Part shown: positions 30,841 to 41,669 of the stretch, in pieces | Layout: the number at the start of each line of letters is the position of its first letter | Position numbering within the stretch: the stretch's first letter is position 1 | Assembly: GCA_023515725.1 (NCBI GenBank) | Contig: JALDTO010000266.1 | Location: 62,001-126,000 of the forward strand | Origin: Amoeboaphelidium protococcarum X5 | Lineage: Eukaryota; Fungi; Aphelidiomycota | Direction: 5' to 3' | DNA: 64,000 nucleotides | Position numbers and translations under genes: made by a program | The notes under the pieces: generated by a model | Databases searched by the model: none | What the model saw: the letters and a program-made list of their open reading frames with translations, nothing else | Told to the model about the DNA's origin: nothing

Positions 30841-32946
30841 TCAAATGTTGATGGCTGCGCCTATACAGCTCGGGCATTACAACTAGCCAGGTAGTTAAAC
30901 AGATATAGCAGACGTAGGACTAAGTAGTCTATCATGATTTTCATCGTATTAAGAGCCATGCTGCTTTAGAGCATCCAGATCAAGTTTGAGATGATGATTA
31001 TGATCATGATTCTGCTCTTACTCCAAGTCTTGGCTATTTGCATTATGATCATAACTAATATCACCATCGGGCGACTAAACCAGCGCATCTTCCAGTACAC
31101 TTGCGTCTTTGTGTTCAACAGGAGCTTCATGGAGATTATCACGAGGGGTGATTGATCCACTTCTATCATCATCAGCCTCTTCTTTCACTTAAATTTCAGG
31201 CGAACAGTCCTTTTATTCTAGAAGAGAACTTTCATTATCACCAGACCTTTGAGGATAATCTTAAACGGATTAATTAGGAGAGCCTTCAACATCAGCCTCC
31301 TAATGATTATCATCGGCTTAGGTATCATCCTCTCCGTACTGGCGAATAATGTTGATATCTCGAGTATTAGACGATGGATTCTCGTCAACAAACGGAAGCA
31401 ACTCTTTAGTGTCAATCAAGGATTTACAATTACTAACAATTTGTGCAATCTCCAACATCCATTGGTCAATCTTGGATGTGTCCAGAGTCTTGTGGCTGAG
31501 CACATTCTGCGCCTTATACAACTCTTGCACCACATTCCATATCAACTGATCCTTAATCCTCATTCTAAACTTCAATGCATGTCTCTCATCTCTATACCGC
31601 TAAATATAATCAGGAATTACAGCCAGCTCCATCTAAAGCTACTCAACCAGGTGATTAAGTTGATCAATAGTCACGAAATCATCACTATTCCTCTTCTGTG
31701 CCTTCCTCAAAACTGCCAGTAATTCATTGCGTTCATTTTAAAGCTCTTCATATTACTGGTTAGATATTTAGTTATTATTCACACCATTCTCTTTTGTGGC
31801 AACAGACTTCTAAACATTCAGCTAATCTTCAAGAGACTTGACTTAATTTTTTAACAATGCATTGTCTTATTTGATCTAATCATAGTACTTTTACAGAGTC
31901 TACTACCGATCAGTCAACTCCATCTTCTCCTCCATAACATCATGGATTCTTTATCGCAGCTCCTCAATCTAATCATTCAGGTAGACATTCTCTTCTAGTA
32001 AGTGAGCACACTTAGCATTAACAGCATTTAACTCCTTCTATAAATTCTCATTCTCCTTTCTCTATTAAACATCTGTTGAAGAATCTTCCGTCTATTAACC
32101 GATATCCACTTAGACTTTACTTGAAGTCTTCCTATCCTCAATTTGAACCATATTTTCAAACTTCATTTATAGTTCTTGAAGCTATCTGGTGGCTTTTTCC
32201 AATTCTAAACTTTGAGCGCCAAGTTAATTAGATGATTACTCTGCAGCCAATTTCCACTTCGCAACCTCATAACTATCATACTGCTACTTTGACTTTAATT
32301 CTGACGCCAATCTAACCACCTCAAGTTCCCGCTCAATCATCTTCTCCTACAGATCTTGATAGTCAGCCTTCAACTATTCGCAATCCTCCTCAATACCAGA
32401 TAGCCTTTCGATAGAGTTGACACGTTGGAGTAGGGCGAGATTCGATTTCTGCAGTTGTGAATATTTTTAAGACAATTGAAAATACTCGTCATCTTCGCCG
32501 TTACTATTACCTGGTGACTTGTACGAGGATAATGAGTACAGCTGTTAATCCACAGATGGTTTCCTGATACGTTTCTGAACCAGCGGGGACATAAGCGCAG
32601 ACTATGAAGGACTTATACTAGGAGGAGATGGTACTCGTATTCCACTATCTTCTACCTTTACTGGCTTCGCTGTAATTATTTCTTATTAAGCACTCCCATT
32701 AGTTGAGGGATGTGTGGCATTTGCCTAGGGAGACGCTGGTACCTGTTTAGGTGTAGCAGCAGAAGAATTAGAATACACTGAACTCTTGTCATCATTGACA
32801 GCAGTACCACCACTATAACCTCCCATCTCTTGATCGCTACTACCAGCACTCACATTCTTCAGTCTCGACTCATTACGCTGTTACAGCTTTTACCTTGCAT
32901 TAGCCAAAAGTTGATTCTTCTTCTCCGGAGTCACAGTCTTCATCAT
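30841..32946 (-). CDS. GM130/golgin-A2-like coiled-coil protein, 701 aa
   Basis: N-terminal KNQLLANARQKLQQR, long coiled coil, C-terminal CPSCIGAAINI* resembling the CxxCxG GRASP-binding tail. Confidence 0.6.
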
Positions 32947-33402
32947 CTTTTTATTAAGCTTGAAGAAGTTTTAATGAATAAACACTTGGTTGTTTTAAAA
33001 TAATGAAATGCAAATTTAACATAGAATCCAAACCAAGTAATAGAGACCGCAACTTTACAATAATGAGAGCAAAGTCCCAATAAAACGACTAACGCGACGA
33101 CGAACGGCCGTGCGGAGAATTTAAGAACGTTACTTCCTCTGCGAGTTCTCTCTAAAGGCTCGTTGCTCCGTTGCTCGATCCTTCTGTCTCTCGCCGCACT
33201 TCATTTCGTTTAAGCTGAACAGAATGTCATCAGATCGTGTTTGACTCGAGAAAAGCATCTGCATAATGGTATGGGAATTATGGGCATGGATTGGCCTATG
33301 CCACAGATTTTGAGCTGCCCTGAAGATAAATAGGGAGAACGTCAAGACTCTTCTTTGTTGCACAACTGATTCGATTACTACTGTACTGTATTTTTCACAA
33401 AT

Positions 33403-33470
33403 TAGGCGAATTAGGGACAGCAACGGATTTTCACCGCCGATCAAACTGTTGCGCGCGTAGCCTGGACTGA
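33403..33470 (-). ncRNA. Candidate Fanzor omegaRNA scaffold
   Basis: Lies directly after the Fanzor stop. Nested pairings AGG/CCT, ACAG/CTGT and CGGCGG-TGAAAAT-CCGTTG. A CGCGCG bulge could pair with the terminal TCGC. Confidence 0.5.
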
Positions 33471-35092
33471 TCATTATTGCGGGCGAGGAGGATCGTATCG
33501 AAATGGAACCGGCCTTTCACCACCGTCACGATTTCTTGCGAGAAAGATGTAGCGAATGTTTCGTGCCGCATTCACATCACGGTGCCAGATAGCTAAGCAA
33601 TTCTTATTTGGGCAATGCTTAATTCTCCATACTCGTGATTGAACAAGCTCACACTCACAATTACTACATCTTTGACTGGTTCGATACTCAGGGGCCAAGC
33701 GGACTCTACAGCGTTTCTTCAGCTCATAAAACAGCCGCTTTTTAGGAGTCGCAGGATATCCAGGAGAAGCAGTGTCAAAGTTGCCAGCGCCATATGCTAT
33801 GATGGTGTTATGGTCAAACTAACCATCTTGGCGGAGAGTTAACATACGCGCCAAATTGTCATAGGCCCTTTGACGCTTGGAGAATAGCTTTCTCCTCAGA
33901 TTTCGCCACATCTCAGGACGGTAGAAGCCAGTGAATGCATCTCTATGTTGCAGTACGTACTGCAAATGTTAGATGATTCCCAGAAACGAAGTTTTTAGTG
34001 GAAGGAATGTGGGCCATGGCATTAACGATCCCTGGAGCTCTTTCATTCCATTCAGCCCGCTTCTTTTCACCTAAATTTTCTTCGTTCTCTTCACGCCATC
34101 TGGCAGTCGTGTATACCAACTCATGCTTTCCATTTGCAAACGGCGTCTGCTCGGTTGGAACATCTGGGATTCGGTCATCAGGACCACAAGAAGCAGCCAG
34201 AAGCACGCCACGATTGACGTCAATCCCGATAACGCGAGTTTCATGGTTTACATCCAGTTCTTGATATCCGGTACCATCGAAAGCAAACCCGTAGCGGCTA
34301 GCAGGAGGGGCAGGATACGCTGGACTTAAAACGGAAGCAGAACAGCCAACACCATCGGATGTTATGGAGTAGCCAAAACGCCTTCTCTGATTTCCAGTAG
34401 TGGAGACCTTGTTCAAATTGAAACAATGTGACCACAAAGCTTGAGCATTCATCTGACGAACGTCTGGCAGATTAGCAGCAACACAAATTTCCTTCAATAC
34501 ATTGGAGGTGATCAGGATGTGCTTCTGCGTAAATCCATTTAAAGGCAACAACGCGTAAACGTTAAGCAGAGGACCTTCATTGTTCAGCAGATACTCCTCC
34601 TCATACATTTCATGGTTATTTTCAAATGTACGAAGGATACGCCACATGGATTTCAGATACAGATGCCAGTTGTTCTGAAGACTAGGCTTGTCCATTGGAA
34701 GATTGCAAAGGATGTACTAACGTGCGCGCGACTCGTAATAGTCCAGGTAATATACCACCAATTCTCCGTTACCACAATTATTAATGATTTCTGCAGGATA
34801 AGAAGGCATTTCTTCAATATCTTCAGGCGGATCTATCAAGGCCAAGACGTAAATAGCAAGAGTATTAACATCATTTTCCTCCAAACAGAAGCCGAGATGC
34901 TTTCGAAACTTGTGGCGCAGCCATTGTTTCAGCCTTGATGGCAAATTTGTGCTTATATGTCTAGCGCAATCGTCATTGTGAGCTGAAGCCAAGGTAGTAA
35001 CCATGTTTGAGTAGCCTCACATGTCACACCAAAACAAGTCAACGGGACGACGAGGAACATAATTTTAACTGTTAAGTTCAAGTAGTTACTAT
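33471..35092 (-). pseudogene. Fanzor1-type (eukaryotic TnpB-like) RNA-guided nuclease, main part, disrupted
   Basis: SITSDGVGCS, RuvC-I RVIGIDVN (D 34219-21), IIAYGAGNF, RuvC-II PEYRTSQ (E 33687-9), Zn ribbon CSNC..CPNKNC, RuvC-III WHRDVNAARNI (D 33576-8). One-base frameshift in the T5 run at 33992-6, in-frame TGA 35017-9, cut by an LTR element at 35092. Confidence 0.9.
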
Positions 35093-35274
35093 TATCAGAA
35101 TATGATCACACTAGACTGTGAGAATCTATGTGTGGCTTAGCATAGAGTCTGGGAAATGTGGCACACTCGAGAGCCTAGAACGTATACAATGGTGAAATGG
35201 CCAGCCATGGATTGAACAGTGATCTTGTATTCTATGAAATTATTGAAACATCAAACTCTACTACTATTTTGTTA
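35093..35274 (+). repeat. 5' LTR (TATCAG...TTGTTA)
   Basis: Direct repeat of 39433-39614. Confidence 0.95.
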
Positions 35275-35286
35275 CGTTATCAGCAC
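35275..35286 (+). promoter_or_regulatory. Primer-binding site CGTTATCAGCAC (half-tRNA-Ile type)
   Basis: Immediately 3' of the 5' LTR. Complementary to GTGCT[A/I]ATAACG of the tRNA-Ile(AAU/IAU) anticodon arm. Confidence 0.75.
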
Positions 35287-35291
35287 TGCTC

Positions 35292-36077
35292 ATGAGCTAA
35301 CAAGCAGCAGCAACCGTGTCTACACCAGCAACACCAACATCCAGCCGGATCTCCGACAGCGGGATCAAGATCGGCAACTACTGCGTACTAGAGAAAGCTC
35401 AACACTACGAGCTCTGGTGCAAGAAGATGGAGACTCTTCTTGTATGCATGGACTTATGGGATGACAAACTGAATCAACCTATTGACACTAAGGAAACGAA
35501 ATTTGCCATGGAGTCAAACATCTCTATGGACATCTTGCAGAATCATATTGACTGTTAATCCGCGTCTGAGTATTGGTCTGCCTTAAAGAAGACTTTTGCG
35601 CCAAAATGCATAGCGAATAAGGTGGATTTTGTCAAAAAGATCGCTAAGTTTGAGTTTGGGGAAGACGTCCAGGGTGATTTCATGCGTGCCAAGGCATTGG
35701 TACGCGGTCTAACTGCCGCAATGGGTGAAAAGCATATTGCAGTGCAGGATCTAATGTTGATGATCCTTATTGCAGCCCTACCTGAGCATTTAAGACCAAT
35801 TCGTGCCGTTATCACAGCTGGCGAGAAATTATGTGCTTGGGATGCTCTTGAGTCCAGATGTGTACAAGAGGATGCAACTTCAAGCCCTTCCTCTCTGAAA
35901 TCCTTCAAGACTAGAACGCATCGTGGGAAGTGCTTTGGTAAATCCTGCTACATTTGTGACCCATCCCTAAGACCAACCTGTTCAAAATGCAAGGAAGCGA
36001 AGATGGAGAAGTATTTCCACAAGGAGGATTCTGATTTCTGTCTGAAACAGTAGAATAAGGCTAATGTGGCCGAATGA
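35292..36077 (+). CDS. Copia gag, ending at TGA 36075-36077
   Basis: ATG 35292; YELWCKKMETLLVCMDLWD, ILIAALPEHL, Cys/His-rich C-terminus. Confidence 0.85.
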
Positions 36078-39000
36078 GATTAGGCCCCGAAGGACTCTTA
36101 GATGTGGGTGGTCGACAGCGGAGCTAGTGAACATTACTCCTATAATAAAAAGTGGTTTTCAGACATTAAATCTTTTAACACTTCTATTGGGACAGCAGAT
36201 TCGTCAATGTTGTGCACATCAAAAGGAACTGTCAATCTGACCACCAAGCAAGGGACAATACCTCTGAAGAACGTCTTCCACTGTCCATCTTTGAAAGAGA
36301 ACTTACTCTCTGTATCAAGACTATGCAAAGATGGCTATACAATGGTATTCTCAGGAGACAAAGCCCTCTGTTTTAATGACTTCAATATCACTAAGTAGCC
36401 GCCACCAATTTGGGTTGCCGAATCTTCAAAATATGACAAACTGTGGAGAATCGACCTAAGTAGTAATAGTAAGGCACTGTCATCCAGCAGTCCAGTCGGT
36501 AAGTAGATATCTTAGTGTGATGAAATGCATCAGAAGCTAGGACATCTGAACATCAAGGATACTTTGCGTGTATGCAAAGAACTTGGCATGGATTTGAGAG
36601 AGTCTGAATGTTCAGAGTGCACAGTGTGTATTTAAGCAAAAAGTAGGAAACCATCCATGAGCCCGCTTGAAAGGAAGGCCGAAAGAGTAGGACTTAGAGT
36701 TCATAGTGACATATGCGGCCCTCTTCCCTTGGACTTGGAGAACAATAGGTACTTGCTGACCTTTACAGACGATCACTCAAGATTCACTTTTGCGTTCTTG
36801 CTGAAGAAGAGATCTGATACCTTCAAGTACTTTTAATACGTTCACAAAGCCTTAGCAAAAGATGGTATCAAAGTGCAGTCCAGTACCTTTTCTGATCACT
36901 CCATTAACGAATTGGACTTGGCTAATCGTGATCCTACAGTGCCAATCCGCTATTTCAGAAGCGATAATGCATAAGAGTATCTGTCCACCGAGTTTTAAGA
37001 CTATATGTTGGTGAATGGGATTGCACATGAGCCCACAGTGCCATATACGCCTCAGCAGAATGGTATCAGTGAGCGTAAGAACCTCACACTATTCAACAAG
37101 ATCCGCGCTATGCTTATTCAGTCAGAGCTCCCGGAAAGATTTTGGGGAAGGGCCGCTTTGACAGCAGTGTACTTGACAAATATCAGCCCGACAGTTGCGA
37201 ATGGTGACAAGAGCCCATATCATGTCTTTCATGGTAGAAATCCGTCGATAAATCACCTCCATACCTTCGGAGAACATGCATTCATTCACATCCCATCTGA
37301 GTAAAGAGGCAAGTTAGATGCTAGAGCGACAGAGGCTATATTCATTGGGTACTCAGAGAGTGAGTCAATACTGTATTTTTACAACTTGGAGAAGAGAAAG
37401 ATAGAAAGAACGAATGGTTTTACTTTCCCATCAACTTAAGTATTTGGCAATAGGTTAATTCTAAGTGGTAAGAAGGAGGAACAACATGAGAAGGCTCCTG
37501 TGTCGTTCGAATTTGAGATGTACTTACGCTCTAGCTCCAACGACCCATAAGTGGTATCTGACTCCTCAGCTACTCATACCTAGTCAACTGAGATGACGCC
37601 GGGGGCGATTTCACGCGATATTCAGCCTCAGACTGGTTCCGATGGAAACTCTGCCAGTCTTGTTGATGAACAAGATTCCTAACCATTAGAAATTGATACA
37701 CCTGTTATTAAAGCTCCATAGGATATAAGTTCTAGAATTGATCCATGTAATATTGTGGCTGGGAAAAGAATTAAAAAGGCAAGGATTGCTACGCACCAAT
37801 GCAAAGCTCTCATAGTTCAGCATGATCGTGATCCTTTGTCTGTGACGGAAGCTCTATCTGGCCCCGATCGGAAACACTGGCGTAAGGCGATGTAAAGAGA
37901 GACGAAAGGGCTCATTGCTAGGGGGACTTGGATCGCTGTCAAGAAGAATAAGGGAGATCGTTTGATTAAGTGCAAATGGGTCTTCACTAGAAAGCGCAAT
38001 GACAAAGGACAAGTCGTTAAGTACAAAGCCCGCCTAGTTGCTAAAGGGTTCTCTCAGGTAGCTGGTGTGGACTATCAGGACACGTACGCCCCAACCGCCA
38101 GAACAAACTCTCTCAGGATAATGGTAGCCACTTGTGCGTCCAAGGATTACGAACTTGATTAAGTTGATGTTGTACAAGCTTTTGTTATTCCTGATCTTCA
38201 GGAGGAGTTGTACATGGAGGTGCCTGAAGGTGGCCTGTTAGATTGCCCTTCAGATTCAAAGTTGCGCCTGCTCAAAACACTCTATGGTTTAAAGTAAGCC
38301 GCCGCAGAATGGTATAAGCATCTATGTAGTTGCTTGCAATAGCTAGGATTTTTGCCCACGGCGTCAGACCCTTGCTTCTTTCATAGATAATCTGATGATG
38401 CTATGGTTTTGGCTCATGTAGATGATATGCTACTTGGAGTGAAAGGAGTTGTTGCCATGAAGTCGTTGAAGGAGCAGATCAAATCCATGTTGGACATCAC
38501 TGATTGTGGATAAGCTAACTTCTTCCTGGGTCTACATTTGGAGAGAAATCGACTGGACAGAACCATATTGATGCATCAACACCAGTTCATTGCAGAACTC
38601 TTAGAGTAAAGTGACATGTCATATTGTAAACCATCTACAATTCCGATGGAGCCAGGTTTACAGCTGAGCAAGGACGACTGCCCCCAAACGGATTACGACA
38701 TAGAGGCGATGAAGAGTATACCTTACCGTGAAACCGTCGGAGCTCTTCTCTATGCTGCATGCGCAACTCGGCCAGACATCTCCGCCGCCGTTGGAAAGGT
38801 GTGTAAGTTCAGTCAAAATCCTGGGGTTAAGCACTGGCAAGCCGTCAAGCGAATCTTGAGATACCTTAAGGGCACTAGCAACTTAGGGATCTTATTGGGA
38901 GGCCATCATGGTACTGTTATATAAGGCTGGTCAGATGCTGACTGGGCCGGTGACATAGATCAGAGAAAATCCACTGGTGGTTACGTATTCAAACTTTCTG

Positions 39001-39461
39001 ATTCGCCAGTCTCGTGGTCAAGCAAACTTTAGAATGTTGTGGCTCTATCAAGTTGTGAATCGGAATATATTGCGTTGGCCAACTCCGCTAAGGAAGCTAT
39101 GTGGCTTCGTCAATTGATGAAGGATATTGGTTACAAGCAGGAAGAAGCAACCGTCATCAATGAAGATAATTAAGGATCTATTGCTTTAGTCAAAGGTGGG
39201 AGCGCTCACTCTAGATCTAAGCACATCGATGTTCGCCATCATTTCATAAGGTATTGTGTGCAGAATGGAGATTTGAGAATAGTTTATTGCCCAACTGAGA
39301 AAATGATTGCTGACATAATGACTAAAGCTCTGCCCGCCTCGAAATTTGTAGAGCTGAGAGCCCTATTGGGTATGGCAACTTCAAAATTGTATCAATTGCC
39401 AAATGGTCACAATCTGTCTGATCATGGGGGCGTATCAGAATATGATCACACTAGACTGTGA
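36078..39461 (+). CDS. Copia pol (PR-IN-RT-RNaseH), same frame as gag, intact
   Basis: [84 protein letters not shown]. No TGA until 39459. Confidence 0.95.
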
Positions 39462-39614
39462 GAATCTATGTGTGGCTTAGCATAGAGTCTGGGAAATGTG
39501 GCACACTCGAGAGCCTAGAACGTATACAATGGTGAAATGGCCAGCCATGGATTGAACAGTGATCTTGTATTCTATGAAATTATTGAAACATCAAACTCTA
39601 CTACTATTTTGTTA
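39433..39614 (+). repeat. 3' LTR
   Basis: Appears identical to the 5' LTR; preceded by a short G-rich tract (ATGGGGGCG). Confidence 0.95.
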
Positions 39615-39770
39615 ACTATAAATAGGAGGAAGCAAGTTAACGTTAAGATCTTTACACAAGATATAGACAGCCGCTTAAATGAGAAGTGACCAATGCGTCT
39701 ATGAAACGTCTAATGAAGTTAATCATCGGTTGATCAATAAGCTATTTATATTTTGATCAAGCGCAAAACA
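39615..39770 (-). pseudogene. Probable N-terminal remnant of the Fanzor gene beyond the LTR insertion
   Basis: Removing the element and one TSD restores a frame (..NFIRRFIDALVTSHLSGCLYLVQRSQRQLASSYLQQLLELNSQNYVPRRP..). Degenerate further upstream. Confidence 0.5.
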
Positions 39771-40190
39771 TTTTGTTAAATTTATATTACGCATTATTAT
39801 ACGTCGGCTCACGCTTACATGGTAGTTTTTGGTCGTGCGCAATTATATTAGTACACATCAAGGCTGAATGTAGAGAGGTGTCATAGTAAAAGAGTCTTCT
39901 CATTATGGCCAACCTTCTATTTTGAATTGTGATGCCAACGCAAGTTTAAACATGCTCCTGAGTGAAGAGTAATTTGCAGGGAGTGAGAAACGCCCACATT
40001 GTAATTGACGCGGCTGAAAGCGCGCCTGACCTTTTCCGTGATTCGCTTAAAATGTGGAAAATACTGTAATTTGATCGAGCCGATTTCGATGATAAAAGTA
40101 CAACGCGTGAAAAAAAAACAAAGCTATTAACGTTTCAATTATCAATGTAAATTATATTCCCTTAATAATTAATCTGTGCGTCTGAATGAT

Positions 40191-40511
40191 TCATTCTTCA
40201 TTTACCGGTTGATATTATTTGATGTCATAGTATTCAATGTCGCCAGAGAGGCCGACGAAATAGCCAGTCTCCAATTCCAAGCCATATTTCTTGGACAAGA
40301 CTGATTAGGCGCGCTCAACCCTTTCAATCACTTTAGCAGGGGCCGGCTGTCCAACAACAGCATTCAAGTCGACGCCGTACAGAAACTCGCATGCATAACC
40401 TCTAATGACTTCACTAGCGTAAGAATCTAAGCCAAGCATTTCAATCTCCTCCTGGTCAAACATCATATCTTTGCTGCCGTTAACAATCTTGAACCCAAAA
40501 AAATCCGTCAA
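40191..40511 (-). CDS. Small hypothetical protein or gene fragment (5' end unresolved)
   Basis: Protein-like frame FFGFKIV...FLYGVDL...GYFVGLSGDIEYY ending at TGA 40191. No upstream in-frame ATG found before 40466. Confidence 0.4.
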
Positions 40512-40565
40512 AAGTATAATCGATGAAATAACACAAATTTAGCCGTGATGATACGACCTTGGCGG

Positions 40566-41151
40566 ATCTGTTTGTGTCAACACATTGCGCGACCATCTCT
40601 GTATTTTAAACAGATTCGAACTTAGTGACTTGAGCCAATCTGATTTTCCCGCAAACTACGAATTAGAGCAAGCTTATAGTCTGCTAAATGTCTACCAAGA
40701 GTAAGAACATACTAGTTCTGTTTTAAGAAGCGACTCGGGCAAATCTGTTCATTTCAACAGATCCGAAGGGTAAAAGCGGTAAAAACAACAGATCCTGATT
40801 TACGCACTGTACAATAACTTGTATCTAGCGGTTAAATGTTAAATGAACAAGCTCATAGAGTTATTGATGGTAATCTAGCCCGCGAATACGAAAATATCGC
40901 CCGAAATAGCGGCTCTGAGGAATCTGTTGTTTTCACTGGATTTCACGACGAATCCAGTGAAAACAACAGATCTTTGACTAGGCGGCCTGGAAACTACTTG
41001 CATAGATCCATTACAATTTCGTATGCAAGCTAACAAGCTACTTTAAGAGCATCTTGTGTAAGAACATGATCATCTCGCTTCATGACGCAGCCATGGGCGA
41101 TCTGTTCATTTCAACAGGTTTTAAGCTCAATTCTGTTGAATACAACAGATC
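40566..41151. repeat. Diverged tandem array of about 178-bp units, each with an ATCTGTT...AACAGAT palindrome of about 50 bp
   Basis: Palindromes start at 40566, 40743, 40922 and 41100. The unit at 40922-40971 has a perfect 21-bp stem. Confidence 0.8.
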
Positions 41152-41669
41152 CTGAGTGAGAACTGTAGAGCAACCTGTGTCAAGTCACTATTTATCAATA
41201 AAGCTAAGACATATAATGTGGAGTGAAGCAAGTATGCATTCTCAAATCGAATAACGCGAAATTATTAATGTGCTTGAAGTTTTTGTTGCTTCTTAAGCGA
41301 AGGAGCAGAAGTTGAAGAAGATACGTTATTCATCAATTAGCCAACCGAACCGCGAAGTCGTTACTGTACTTGGATTCGAGACACGTATAAATTACAAAAT
41401 ACAGTTTACGGTGGCACCTATCATGAATATTTACTAAATAAAGTTAGCATGATTAAACATTGAGGATGGATTTAATGATGCGTAATACAGTAAGAATAGA
41501 TAATTTATAAGGATCAAGAAGATTCAATCAATAGAGACTTCAGGATAAAGTGATGACGCGCAGAGTAAATCATCTTTACGCGACAAAGCTCTCTCGTTGA
41601 GATTTTCCAAAATTGAAATTATCGTAGAACGCGCTCAGTTATCACTAACCAGCGAAATAATAATTATAG

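Larger units (their letters stand above)
35093..39614 (+). mobile_element. Full-length Ty1/copia LTR retrotransposon with 5-bp TSD ACTAT
   Basis: Two 182-bp LTRs that appear identical. ACTAT at 35088-92 and 39615-19. Domain order gag-PR-IN-RT-RH. Confidence 0.97.

Noticed and set aside
33130-33474. 114-aa ORF downstream of the Fanzor
   Set aside because: No protein motifs; it overlaps the candidate omegaRNA and flanking DNA.
33992-33996. Programmed frameshift in the Fanzor gene
   Set aside because: A homopolymer indel in a gene that also has a TGA and an LTR insertion is better explained by decay or sequencing error.
36075-36077. Selenocysteine codon in the copia ORF
   Set aside because: It is not at a catalytic Cys position and no SECIS was recognised; the gag/pol boundary position fits read-through better.
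40566-41151. CRISPR array
   Set aside because: Repeats are about 50 bp and divergent, spacers are about 128 bp and partly homologous to each other, no cas genes are present, and the context is eukaryotic.
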